Source of the DNA: Myxococcales bacterium | GTDB taxonomy: Bacteria; Myxococcota_A; Polyangia; Polyangiales; Polyangiaceae | DNA: 64,000 bases | Direction of reading: 5' to 3' | NCBI GenBank assembly: GCA_043747615.1 | Contig: JAYTOU010000046.1 | Location: forward strand, 1 to 64,000 | Shown here: positions 56,675 through 64,000 of the stretch, one piece after another | Position numbering within the stretch: the stretch's first letter is position 1 | How the letters are laid out: each line of letters starts with the position of its first letter | Translations under genes and position numbers: made by a program | Notes under the pieces: generated by a model | What the model saw: the letters and a program-made list of their open reading frames with translations, nothing else | Told to the model about the DNA's origin: nothing | Database searches by the model: none

Positions 56675-58491
56675 GCGATCCCCACGGGGAGTGGGCCCGA
56701 GGGCAACGGAACGTGATCGACGTCGAACTCTTCGAGCTCACGGGCCATACGTTGCTCTTCGGCGAACGCCGCGTAGAGGCCGCCCTTGGCGAGGAGCTCG
56801 TCGTGCGTGCCACGCTCCACGACCTTGCCCTGGTCGAGCACGATGATCGAATCGCAGCGGGCTGCGGCTGCGATCCGGTGGGTGATGAGGACCACGGTGC
56901 GCTTCTCGGCCTGACGCTCGATCGACTTCAAGATCAAGGCTTCGGTCTTCGCGTCGACGGCGCTGAGCGGGTCGTCGAGCATGAGGATCTTCGGCTCCCA
57001 AGCAAGGGCTCTGGCAAGTGCGATGCGCTGTTTCTGGCCGCCGGACAGCTGGACCCCACGCTCGCCGACGACCGTGTCGAACTGCTCGGGGAGCTCGAGG
57101 GCCTCATCGAGCATCTGGGCCTCGCCCGCGGCGTCGCGAATCTTCGTCATCGCCTCGGGCGAGTCGGGGTCCATGAGAGCAAAGCCGATGTTGCGCGAGA
57201 CGGTCGTGGAGAAGAGGAATGCGTCCTGCTGGGCGTAGCCGATCGCGGTGCGCACGGCGGCGAGCGGGATGTCGCAGACGTCGTGACCGTCGATCCGAAC
57301 GGCGCCCGGCGGGGTCGGGAGGAGGCGCGCGAGGAGCATGGCGAGCGTGGATTTGCCCGACCCGGTGCGTCCTACGATGGCCAGAGATGCGCCCGCTGGC
57401 ACCTCGAAGCTCACGCCGTCGAGCACCGTGCGCGCACCGTACTTGAAAGAAAGATCGGACACCGCGAGGGCGCCTTCCATGTCTTTCGGCGCGGGGAGCG
57501 GACCGTCGGCCACCTCGGGAACGGCGTCGAAGATTTCTTGAAGGCGACTGAAGCCCGCACGACCTCGCTGAATGATGGAAAGCGAAAATCCGAGAGCGAT
57601 CATCGGCCAGGTCATTCGCCCGAGTGCGAGAGAGAAGGCGAAGAAATCTCCTTGGGAGATGCCGCCGTTCTCTGGTCCCTTCAAGAGGAGCGTGCCTCCA
57701 AACCAGAAGAAGACGAGGATCCCCGCCGCGCTCGTGGCGCCCATCACCGGCCCCATCGACCCGCGAAGACGCGCAAGCCCGAGGCTGGCATCGAGGTACG
57801 CGTTGTTCGCGGTCTGGAATCGCAGCAGCTCGCGGCCCTCGAGCGCAAAGCTCCGCACCACGCGCACCCCGGCCAGATTCGTCTGCAGCGATTCGCTCAG
57901 TTTTCCGAGGGTCTCCTGATTTGCGCGGGTCCGCGTGAAGAGCCCCTTCGAGAAGCTGCGCGTCACCACCACGAGGAGCGGGAGCATCACGAAGACTGCG
58001 AGCGTGAGACGCGCCGAGATGGTCGCCATGACCTGAAGGGCGCTCGCAAATCCGAGGACGACGTTCACGATGTTGAGCACGCCGAAGCCGAAGAGCAGAC
58101 GCACTTGAATGAGATCGCCGGTGGAGCGGCTCATGATTTCGCCGGAGGACATCTTCCGATAGAACGCCGCGCCGAGGCGGTGCAGGCGGTCGAGGAGGAC
58201 CGCGCGCATCTCGTATTCGACGTCGCGGCCGGCGTTGAAGATGAACCAGCGGCTCGCCACGCGCGTGAAGAACGCCACGATCGCCAGCCCGAATATGAAC
58301 ATCGCCGGACGAAAAGCGGCCTCCGGATCCGGGCCAAAGATGAGGTCGATCGCCGATTTCGAGAGCCAGTCGATCCGATTCATCGCCAGCTGGAAGACGG
58401 CGAGCACGAGCCAGCCCGCAGCGTAGACGGGGAGGTGGCGGCGAAAGGACCCTCCGAGGGTCGTGGGTAACTCTTGGACTTTGACGGGCAC
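56671..58491 (-). CDS. ABC exporter permease/ATPase (MdlA-like)
   Basis: TMD plus GRTGSGKST, LSGGQKQR, degenerate Walker B LDDPLSAVD; GTG 58491 preceded by GAGG. Confidence 0.92.
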   Translation of the reverse strand: MPVKVQELPTTLGGSFRRHLPVYAAGWLVLAVFQLAMNRIDWLSKSAIDLIFGPDPEAAFRPAMFIFGLAIVAFFTRVASRWFIFNAGRDVEYEMRAVLLDRLHRLGAAFYRKMSSGEIMSRSTGDLIQVRLLFGFGVLNIVNVVLGFASALQVMATISARLTLAVFVMLPLLVVVTRSFSKGLFTRTRANQETLGKLSESLQTNLAGVRVVRSFALEGRELLRFQTANNAYLDASLGLARLRGSMGPVMGATSAAGILVFFWFGGTLLLKGPENGGISQGDFFAFSLALGRMTWPMIALGFSLSIIQRGRAGFSRLQEIFDAVPEVADGPLPAPKDMEGALAVSDLSFKYGARTVLDGVSFEVPAGASLAIVGRTGSGKSTLAMLLARLLPTPPGAVRIDGHDVCDIPLAAVRTAIGYAQQDAFLFSTTVSRNIGFALMDPDSPEAMTKIRDAAGEAQMLDEALELPEQFDTVVGERGVQLSGGQKQRIALARALAWEPKILMLDDPLSAVDAKTEALILKSIERQAEKRTVVLITHRIAAAARCDSIIVLDQGKVVERGTHDELLAKGGLYAAFAEEQRMARELEEFDVDHVPLPSGPLPVGIA

Positions 58492-58498
58492 GCGTTCC

Positions 58499-59545
58499 TC
58501 AGCGAGCCGGAAGGGGCTTGCGATGCGAGCTGGAAAGCGAAGGACGCTTACGATCCTCCGCGCTCGCAATGAGATTGGTCACTTCGAGACGAGCCGCTAG
58601 AAGACCGAGCATCACGCGCGCGCCGCCCTTGCCATCGAGCTCCTGCACTACGCCCTCTTTGCCCATGAAGGGCCCGGCGAGCACTGTCACGTGTGTCCCC
58701 TTTTCGACGGGGAGCTTCGCGTCTACGCCCTGGACGATCGGTCTTCGGAGGGGGAGGCGACGCGAGGGAAATGTGGGCTCCCTGACGATGAGCGGAGTCG
58801 GGATCTCTTGCTCACTCGGCGGAGGCTCGGGCGTCCCCACCGAGCTGGCCCCCGCGCGCGCACGCCGTTCCTTCAGCTTCGTCGCTCGGCCTTCGTTGTG
58901 CTGAGCGCGCGCCGGCTGCGCGGCGTCGTAGGCCATCAGCTTGAATAGCGGGCCGAGCGCGACGAGCGCGTCTGCGAGTTGCTCGTTCAGGAGCCCAGCG
59001 TGCTCGAGCGCCAGATCGCGCGGGAGCGACCAGCCGATCCACAGACCTCCTTGGCGTCGATCGACGAGCGCTCGAACGGCGTCGGTCTGCATCTCGTGCG
59101 CAGGCAGGCACTCCGTCGGGGCGCGCCGGGGCGACTCGTTGGCGAGTAGCCCGCAGAGAAACTGCTCGGGCAAGAGCGCGAGCGCGCTCCCCACTCCGAG
59201 CGACCTGTCTGGATCATCGAGCCGTGCGCGAAAGCTCTTCATCGCCTTGTGCGCTTCGAGTGGGAGCTCGAGGCTCACCTCGACATGTTTGGCGTCGATC
59301 GTAAGAGCGAGAAAAGCATTCGTGCCTTCGTCGTTTTGCCAGAAGAAGACGCGCTGGCACTCGACTTTGCGAACGTCGGAGCCCGTCGTCGTCACAACGA
59401 CGCCGAGCTCTTTGAGGCGCGCGACCACCGAGTCCGACCAGGCGAGCATCCGCGCTTTCAGATCGAGCCGCGCGCGTGGCCCGCCCGTCTGCCCAGGCGC
59501 CGCATGCCCGAGGCCGCCTGTGAGTTGGTCGCGTGGCGTCTTCAT
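58499..59545 (-). CDS. Hypothetical protein with C-terminal NusG-like KOW motif
   Basis: KGTHVTVLAGPFMGKEGVVQELD..ARVMLGLL; N-terminal alpha/beta domain unassigned. Confidence 0.7.
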   Translation of the reverse strand: MKTPRDQLTGGLGHAAPGQTGGPRARLDLKARMLAWSDSVVARLKELGVVVTTTGSDVRKVECQRVFFWQNDEGTNAFLALTIDAKHVEVSLELPLEAHKAMKSFRARLDDPDRSLGVGSALALLPEQFLCGLLANESPRRAPTECLPAHEMQTDAVRALVDRRQGGLWIGWSLPRDLALEHAGLLNEQLADALVALGPLFKLMAYDAAQPARAQHNEGRATKLKERRARAGASSVGTPEPPPSEQEIPTPLIVREPTFPSRRLPLRRPIVQGVDAKLPVEKGTHVTVLAGPFMGKEGVVQELDGKGGARVMLGLLAARLEVTNLIASAEDRKRPSLSSSHRKPLPAR

Positions 59546-59681
59546 ACGGGGCAACACGTTTTTACGGAGTGGCGCGCGCTTGTCAATCGCAGCTCGCCGC
59601 TTGCTTCCCTTGACGGAAAAGCCCACCGTGTCACTACGACATTTTCATCCCCCGCGTCCCTATCGACGAGGAATCACGTTC

Positions 59682-60353
59682 ATGGCCGATCAACAAATTA
59701 ACTGTTCCGACTGCGGGGACGCGTTCGTCTTCACTCAGGCAGAGCAGTCGTTCTACGCGGAAAAAGGGCTGACCACAGCGCCCAAGCGATGCAAAGCGTG
59801 CCGAGCTGCGCGCAAGACCTCCCAGGGCGATCGCGGACAAGGCGCCCGTGGATCAGGAGACCGTGGCGGAAGCCGCTTCTCCCCTTCCAGTCCCAGCCCG
59901 CGCGGTGGTGGCGAAGGAGGCTGGCGGCCTCGCTCCCCAGCCGGCGCGCCTACTGGTGGAGGCGGTAGCCCTGGAGGCTGGGATCGCCCGCGCGGACGAG
60001 TCGCCCCTCGCGCAGACGCCCCGCGGCCCCGCGTCGAAGAGGTCCAGTCTCGCGCGCCACGTGACGGCGCTCCCCCGCGGCGTGGCAACCTCGGCAGCCA
60101 TGGAGGCGCTGACTTCCGCGCGCCAAAGGCGGCCGAGCCCGCCCGCGAAAAAACGCCGCCCCGTGAGCGCGCACCCAAGCCCAAGTTCGACATCACGTGC
60201 GCCGAATGCGGCACGACATCCCAGGTTCCGTTCAAGCCGCTCGAAGGGCGACAGGTCTTCTGCCAGCCCTGTTACCGTGCCCGCAAAGGAACCACCGAGA
60301 CGGCGGTCGCAGGGGCCGCGATTGGTGAAGCGGACAGCGGAACCGTCGAATAG
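59682..60353 (+). CDS. Zinc-ribbon protein with C-terminal CxxC-x17-CxxC domain
   Basis: CSDCG..FVFT..EQ.FY.EKG...PKRCKAC and CAECG...VPFKP..GR.VFCQPC; SD GAGG. Confidence 0.9.
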   Translation: MADQQINCSDCGDAFVFTQAEQSFYAEKGLTTAPKRCKACRAARKTSQGDRGQGARGSGDRGGSRFSPSSPSPRGGGEGGWRPRSPAGAPTGGGGSPGGWDRPRGRVAPRADAPRPRVEEVQSRAPRDGAPPRRGNLGSHGGADFRAPKAAEPAREKTPPRERAPKPKFDITCAECGTTSQVPFKPLEGRQVFCQPCYRARKGTTETAVAGAAIGEADSGTVE

Positions 60354-60436
60354 CCGTTTTTTCTGAGCAAAAAGAAAAAAGGTTCTTCTTTCGGTCCTAG
60401 ACCAATTGTTCACGCGGGGGGGAGTGACTAGACTAC

Positions 60437-61600
60437 GTGCCCACTGTGGTAGCCCCGCGCAAAACCGACAAACCCGCAGTCAAAAGCGCGCGGACCAAAG
60501 GGGGCACTGCGCCCGCCGCTGGTGCAACGACGCGCGAAAAAAGGCCTTCCCCGGCGAAAAGGCCTGCAAAAGAATCCCGAAAAGCTTCGGCGGCAGGTCG
60601 CGGCTCCGAAGCTCACGAAGGCGACGACACCGCCGGTCACGAGCGCAGTGATGACGACGACGATGCCATCGACGTACAGGCCGAGGTCGTCGACACGGAT
60701 GCCTCCGACGCCGACATTCCGGCGTCCCCCCCTTCCTCGTCGATCGCGCGGTTCGATGCGATGTCCGCATACTTGCGCGAGGTCCAGCGTCATCCGCTCC
60801 TCACGCCCGAAGAGACCCACGCCCTCGCCGTGAAGTTCGTGCAGACGCAGGATCCGGACGCCGCCGCGCGGATGGTCACCGCGAACCTGCGCTTGGTCGT
60901 CAAGATCGCCTACGAATACAGGCGCGCCTACAAGAACATTATGGACCTCGTGCAGGAGGGCAACATCGGCCTGATGCAGGCGGTCAAACGCTACGATCCC
61001 TACCGGGGCGTCAAGCTGTCGTCGTACGCCGCGTGGTGGATCCGCGCGTACATCCTGCGTTTCATCTTGAACAACTGGCGTCTCGTAAAGCTCGGAACGA
61101 CGCAGGCACAGCGGAAGCTCTTCTTCAATCTGCGAAAGAAGCGAGCGGAGCTCGAAGCGCTCGGCATCGACCCGACGAACCTCGAAGTCGCCAAGCAGCT
61201 CAACGTGCCGGAGAGCGAAGTCGCCGACATGGATGCTCGCCTTTCGTCGGGCGAAAAATCGCTGGATGCTCCGGTCGGGGATTCGGAAGGCCGCTCGATC
61301 TCGAAGATCGACATGATGCCGAGCGCTCTCGAAGGCCCGGAGTCGCGCTTCGCCGACGAAGAGGTGCAGGCGCTTTTGAAACAAAAGCTCGCGTCGTTCC
61401 GCATCACGCTGGCAGGCAAAGACAAGGAGATCGCGATCTTCGACGAGCGACTCGTCTCCGAGGAGCCGCTCACGTTGCAGGAGCTCGGCGACCGCTTCGG
61501 GATCTCGCGCGAGCGTGTTCGTCAGCTCGAGCAGCGCCTCACCGGCAAGCTCCGCGAGTTCTTGATCGCAGAAATGGGCGACGCCGCCTCCGGTGCCTGA
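60437..61600 (+). CDS. rpoH: RNA polymerase sigma factor, RpoH (sigma-32) family
   Basis: NLRLVV, DLVQEGNIGL, YAAWWIR, RpoH box TTQAQRKLFFNLR, SRERVRQLE. Confidence 0.88.
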   Translation: MPTVVAPRKTDKPAVKSARTKGGTAPAAGATTREKRPSPAKRPAKESRKASAAGRGSEAHEGDDTAGHERSDDDDDAIDVQAEVVDTDASDADIPASPPSSSIARFDAMSAYLREVQRHPLLTPEETHALAVKFVQTQDPDAAARMVTANLRLVVKIAYEYRRAYKNIMDLVQEGNIGLMQAVKRYDPYRGVKLSSYAAWWIRAYILRFILNNWRLVKLGTTQAQRKLFFNLRKKRAELEALGIDPTNLEVAKQLNVPESEVADMDARLSSGEKSLDAPVGDSEGRSISKIDMMPSALEGPESRFADEEVQALLKQKLASFRITLAGKDKEIAIFDERLVSEEPLTLQELGDRFGISRERVRQLEQRLTGKLREFLIAEMGDAASGA

Positions 61601-62434
61601 GTGCCCCTTTTCGTCGTCGCGACGCCGATCGGCAACCTCGAAGATCTAACGGCGCGCGCTCTTGAAACGCTCCGCTCTTGTCCGCGCATCGCGGCCGAGG
61701 ACACGCGGCGCACCCGCGGGCTCTTGAGCCACTTCGGCATTCGCGGAAAAAAACTGGAGGCGCTCCACGCCCACTCGGGGCCGCGCGACGTCGAGCGACT
61801 GGTGGAAGCGCTGGTGGCCGGAGAAGACATTGCGCTCGTGACCGACGCGGGGACACCGAGCGTGAGCGATCCGGGCGATGCGCTGGTGCGCGGAGCCATT
61901 GCTGCGGGCGTGCGGGTGATTCCCATTCCGGGGGCGAGCGCACTTCTCGCGGCTCTGGTTGCGAGCGGGGTGGCAAGCGGCGCCGGATTTCATTTCGCGG
62001 CCTTTCTTCCGCGCGATGGCACAGCACGCCGCGACGCCATCACCAAGCTCAGCGATCTGCCCGACCCAGTCATTCTCTACGAGGCCGCCAACCGCACCGC
62101 CGCCACTCTTCAGGATCTCGCAGAGGCCACACCGAAGCGCGCGGCATGCGTCGCTCGGGAGCTGACGAAGATGCACGAAGAGTTCGTGCGCGGCACCCTC
62201 GAGGAGCTCGCCGCTCTCGAGCGCGAATGGATCGGCGAGGTGGTGATCGTCCTCGGCAGCCACGAACCTCAGTCGCGCATCGCCGAGATCACGGACGAAG
62301 CGATAGACGCCCGCATCGACGAGGAGCTCGCCAAAGGACTTCACGCCAAGAGCATCTCCGAACGAATCGCCGCTTGGAGTGGTCGCGCCAAACGCGAAAT
62401 GTACGGCCGCGTTCTCGAACGAAAACCACGCTGA
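61601..62434 (+). CDS. rsmI: 16S rRNA (cytidine1402-2'-O)-methyltransferase
   Basis: VATPIGNLED, AEDTR, DAGTP.VSDPG, IPG.SA, RELTKMHEE. Confidence 0.96.
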   Translation: MPLFVVATPIGNLEDLTARALETLRSCPRIAAEDTRRTRGLLSHFGIRGKKLEALHAHSGPRDVERLVEALVAGEDIALVTDAGTPSVSDPGDALVRGAIAAGVRVIPIPGASALLAALVASGVASGAGFHFAAFLPRDGTARRDAITKLSDLPDPVILYEAANRTAATLQDLAEATPKRAACVARELTKMHEEFVRGTLEELAALEREWIGEVVIVLGSHEPQSRIAEITDEAIDARIDEELAKGLHAKSISERIAAWSGRAKREMYGRVLERKPR

Positions 62435-62467
62435 GCCAGGCCAGAATTTTTCGCGTATCGTTTCGGC

Positions 62468-63073
62468 ATGCGTTCCCTTCATCTTCTTCGGCACGGCGAG
62501 ACCGAGCTCAGCGCGGACGGCACTTTTTGCGGCGACATCGACAGCCCCTTGAGCAACGCGGGGCGCGCGCAGGCTGACAAGGTCGCCGAGCGTCTCCTGC
62601 ACCTCGATCTCGAGGCGATCTACGTGAGCCCGAAGGCGCGCGCCCGCGAGACCGCCGCTCCGATCTGCAAGCTCGCCAAGCTCGACCCGCGCATCGAAGA
62701 GGGTCTTCGCGAAATCTCGTACGGCACCTGGGACGGCCGCAAGGAAAGCGAGATCAAGCTCCACGATCCCGAGACCTACGCGCTTTGGGGAAGTGATCCG
62801 GCAGTGCACGCGCCGCCGGGCGGCGAGAACGGATTTGCCATCGCAGCGCGTGCGGTTCCCATCGTTGATCGCGTTGGAAAAGCACACGAAGGGAATGTGC
62901 TCTTCGTCAGCCACAAGGCCACCGTGCGGGTCATCGTCTGCGCGCTCCTTGGCCTGCACATAGGCCGATTTCGCGACCGCATCGCCTGCCCGACCGCCTC
63001 TCTCACCTCGTTCGAGTTCGGGTCGCGCGGTCCGTTGCTCGTCCGCATCGGCGAAACCGAGATCCACCTCTAA
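62468..63073 (+). CDS. Histidine phosphatase (phosphoglycerate mutase) family protein
   Basis: RHGET, SP..RARETA, LREISYG.WDG, PPGGE, VSH. Confidence 0.92.
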   Translation: MRSLHLLRHGETELSADGTFCGDIDSPLSNAGRAQADKVAERLLHLDLEAIYVSPKARARETAAPICKLAKLDPRIEEGLREISYGTWDGRKESEIKLHDPETYALWGSDPAVHAPPGGENGFAIAARAVPIVDRVGKAHEGNVLFVSHKATVRVIVCALLGLHIGRFRDRIACPTASLTSFEFGSRGPLLVRIGETEIHL

Positions 63074-63079
63074 CGTTCT

Positions 63080-63826
63080 TTAGAGAGCGCTTCCAAGGGC
63101 GCTGTCGAGCGCCTGGGCGTTGAAGCCGATCATCATTTTTCCGCGGACGTCGAGGACCGGGATTGATCCTGCGTGAAGGCCAGCCTTCGTCAGCTTGGCC
63201 CGCATCTCGAGCGCTGCGCCGTGATCGGCTTCGATGTCTTTTTCCTTGAAGGGGATCCCCTTCCCACTCAAGTACGCGGCCGCTTGATGGCAGGGACCGC
63301 ACCACGCGGCGCCGTAGATGATCACCGCTGGGCGCGCCGCTTGATCCGCGCCTACGCCAGGATTGAGCGAGGGGAGGTCCATCCCGGCGAGATCAGGAAG
63401 GCCAGGAGCCGTCGGCGCCGTGTTTCCTGCGTCGACGCCGTCGAGGGTTGCTGTCTTTCCTTTTCGCCGCGCGACCGCGAGCTCGTCGAACTCGGCGCGG
63501 GTCATAGGCTTCACGGGATAGGTTCCGCCAGCACTCGCCGTGCGCAAATCGGCTACAAAAATGCGCCCGGCGTGCGTTCCGTCCTCGCGTGAGGGATCCA
63601 CCACGCGCACAGCGTCGCGCCCGATGAGCGGGACGTCCGTGGCCTTTTGCTCGACATGAAAATCTCCTTTTTCGTCGATCCACGTGAAGAGAAATCCCTC
63701 GCTCGAGTCTTTCACTATGAGGGCAACGGGACTCACGTCTTCGGTGGGCGCGTCTTTCTTGCGATGACACGCAGCGACGGCCAGCATCACAAGCAACACG
63801 AAGACGAAATGTAGCGCGCTTCGCAT
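63080..63826 (-). CDS. Lipoprotein with C-terminal glutaredoxin-like domain
   Basis: LAVAAC lipobox; YGAAWCGPC, SIPVLDV.G..MIGF; ATG overlaps the upstream stop (TGATG). Confidence 0.82.
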   Translation of the reverse strand: MRSALHFVFVLLVMLAVAACHRKKDAPTEDVSPVALIVKDSSEGFLFTWIDEKGDFHVEQKATDVPLIGRDAVRVVDPSREDGTHAGRIFVADLRTASAGGTYPVKPMTRAEFDELAVARRKGKTATLDGVDAGNTAPTAPGLPDLAGMDLPSLNPGVGADQAARPAVIIYGAAWCGPCHQAAAYLSGKGIPFKEKDIEADHGAALEMRAKLTKAGLHAGSIPVLDVRGKMMIGFNAQALDSALGSAL

Positions 63827-64000
63827 CACTCGCGACTCTCCGATAGCTTGGCCCACTCACTCATCATCGCATCGACCTTCTTGGTGAGAGCTTGCTCCGC
63901 CGTGGCCATCGCCGCCACCTTTGCCCAGTTGCCGGCGGGATCTTCTTGAAGCTTGGCCCGCATGTCCTCGAGCTCTTTCTCGGCGCTGGCGATCATCTTC
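63826..64000 (-). CDS. C-terminus of a probable ABC-F/Uup-type ATPase (runs off the window)
   Basis: Hand translation KMIASAEKELEDMRAKLQEDPAGNWAKVAAMATAEQALTKKVDAMMSEWAKLSESRE*, resembling the ABC-F C-terminal coiled-coil hairpin ending in W..L. Confidence 0.55.
   Translation of the reverse strand, partial: KMIASAEKELEDMRAKLQEDPAGNWAKVAAMATAEQALTKKVDAMMSEWAKLSESRE

Noticed and set aside
54779..58491. Degenerate ABC motifs (FSAGERQ, LDDP) as signs of pseudogenisation
   Set aside because: Normal asymmetry of heterodimeric ABC exporters; both frames are intact.
58941..59681. N-terminal extension of the 470-aa zinc-ribbon ORF
   Set aside because: Antisense to the KOW gene; the SD-preceded ATG at 59682 is the credible start.

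Overview
GC-rich bacterial chromosome segment, very probably Myxococcota (Polyangiales/Sorangiineae-like). The placement rests on three Hanks-type Ser/Thr kinases, TPR-PEGA proteins, AglR/Q/S-like motor genes, a stand-alone PilZ protein and Cys-rich lipoproteins. About 55 CDS are densely packed. I see no rRNA, tRNA, CRISPR array, transposase or integrase. Core genes include pspA (5' partial), a P-type ATPase, lolC/E, rpmG (missed by the ORF track), mreBCD-mrdA-rodA, lysA, pyk, nadA, mlaE, alr, an RND pump, an MdlAB-like ABC exporter pair, an RpoH-family sigma factor, rsmI and an ABC-F C-terminus. Most interesting observations: (1) a recurring module of membrane kinase with a Pro-rich tail, then TPR-PEGA-glycine-zipper protein, then in one case lipoproteins, which may be an uncharacterised trans-envelope signalling system; (2) two back-to-back TolQ-TolR-TolR triads beside the Rod complex genes; (3) an orphan DNA methyltransferase, SAMHD1-like HD hydrolase and OMP operon divergent from an XPB-associated-domain gene; (4) TAnnnT hexamers 5-9 nt upstream of nine start codons, suggesting leaderless mRNAs; (5) twin 6-Cys mini-lipoproteins and a tiny Tat-motif ORF. 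All family calls come from motif recognition by eye; no database search was run.
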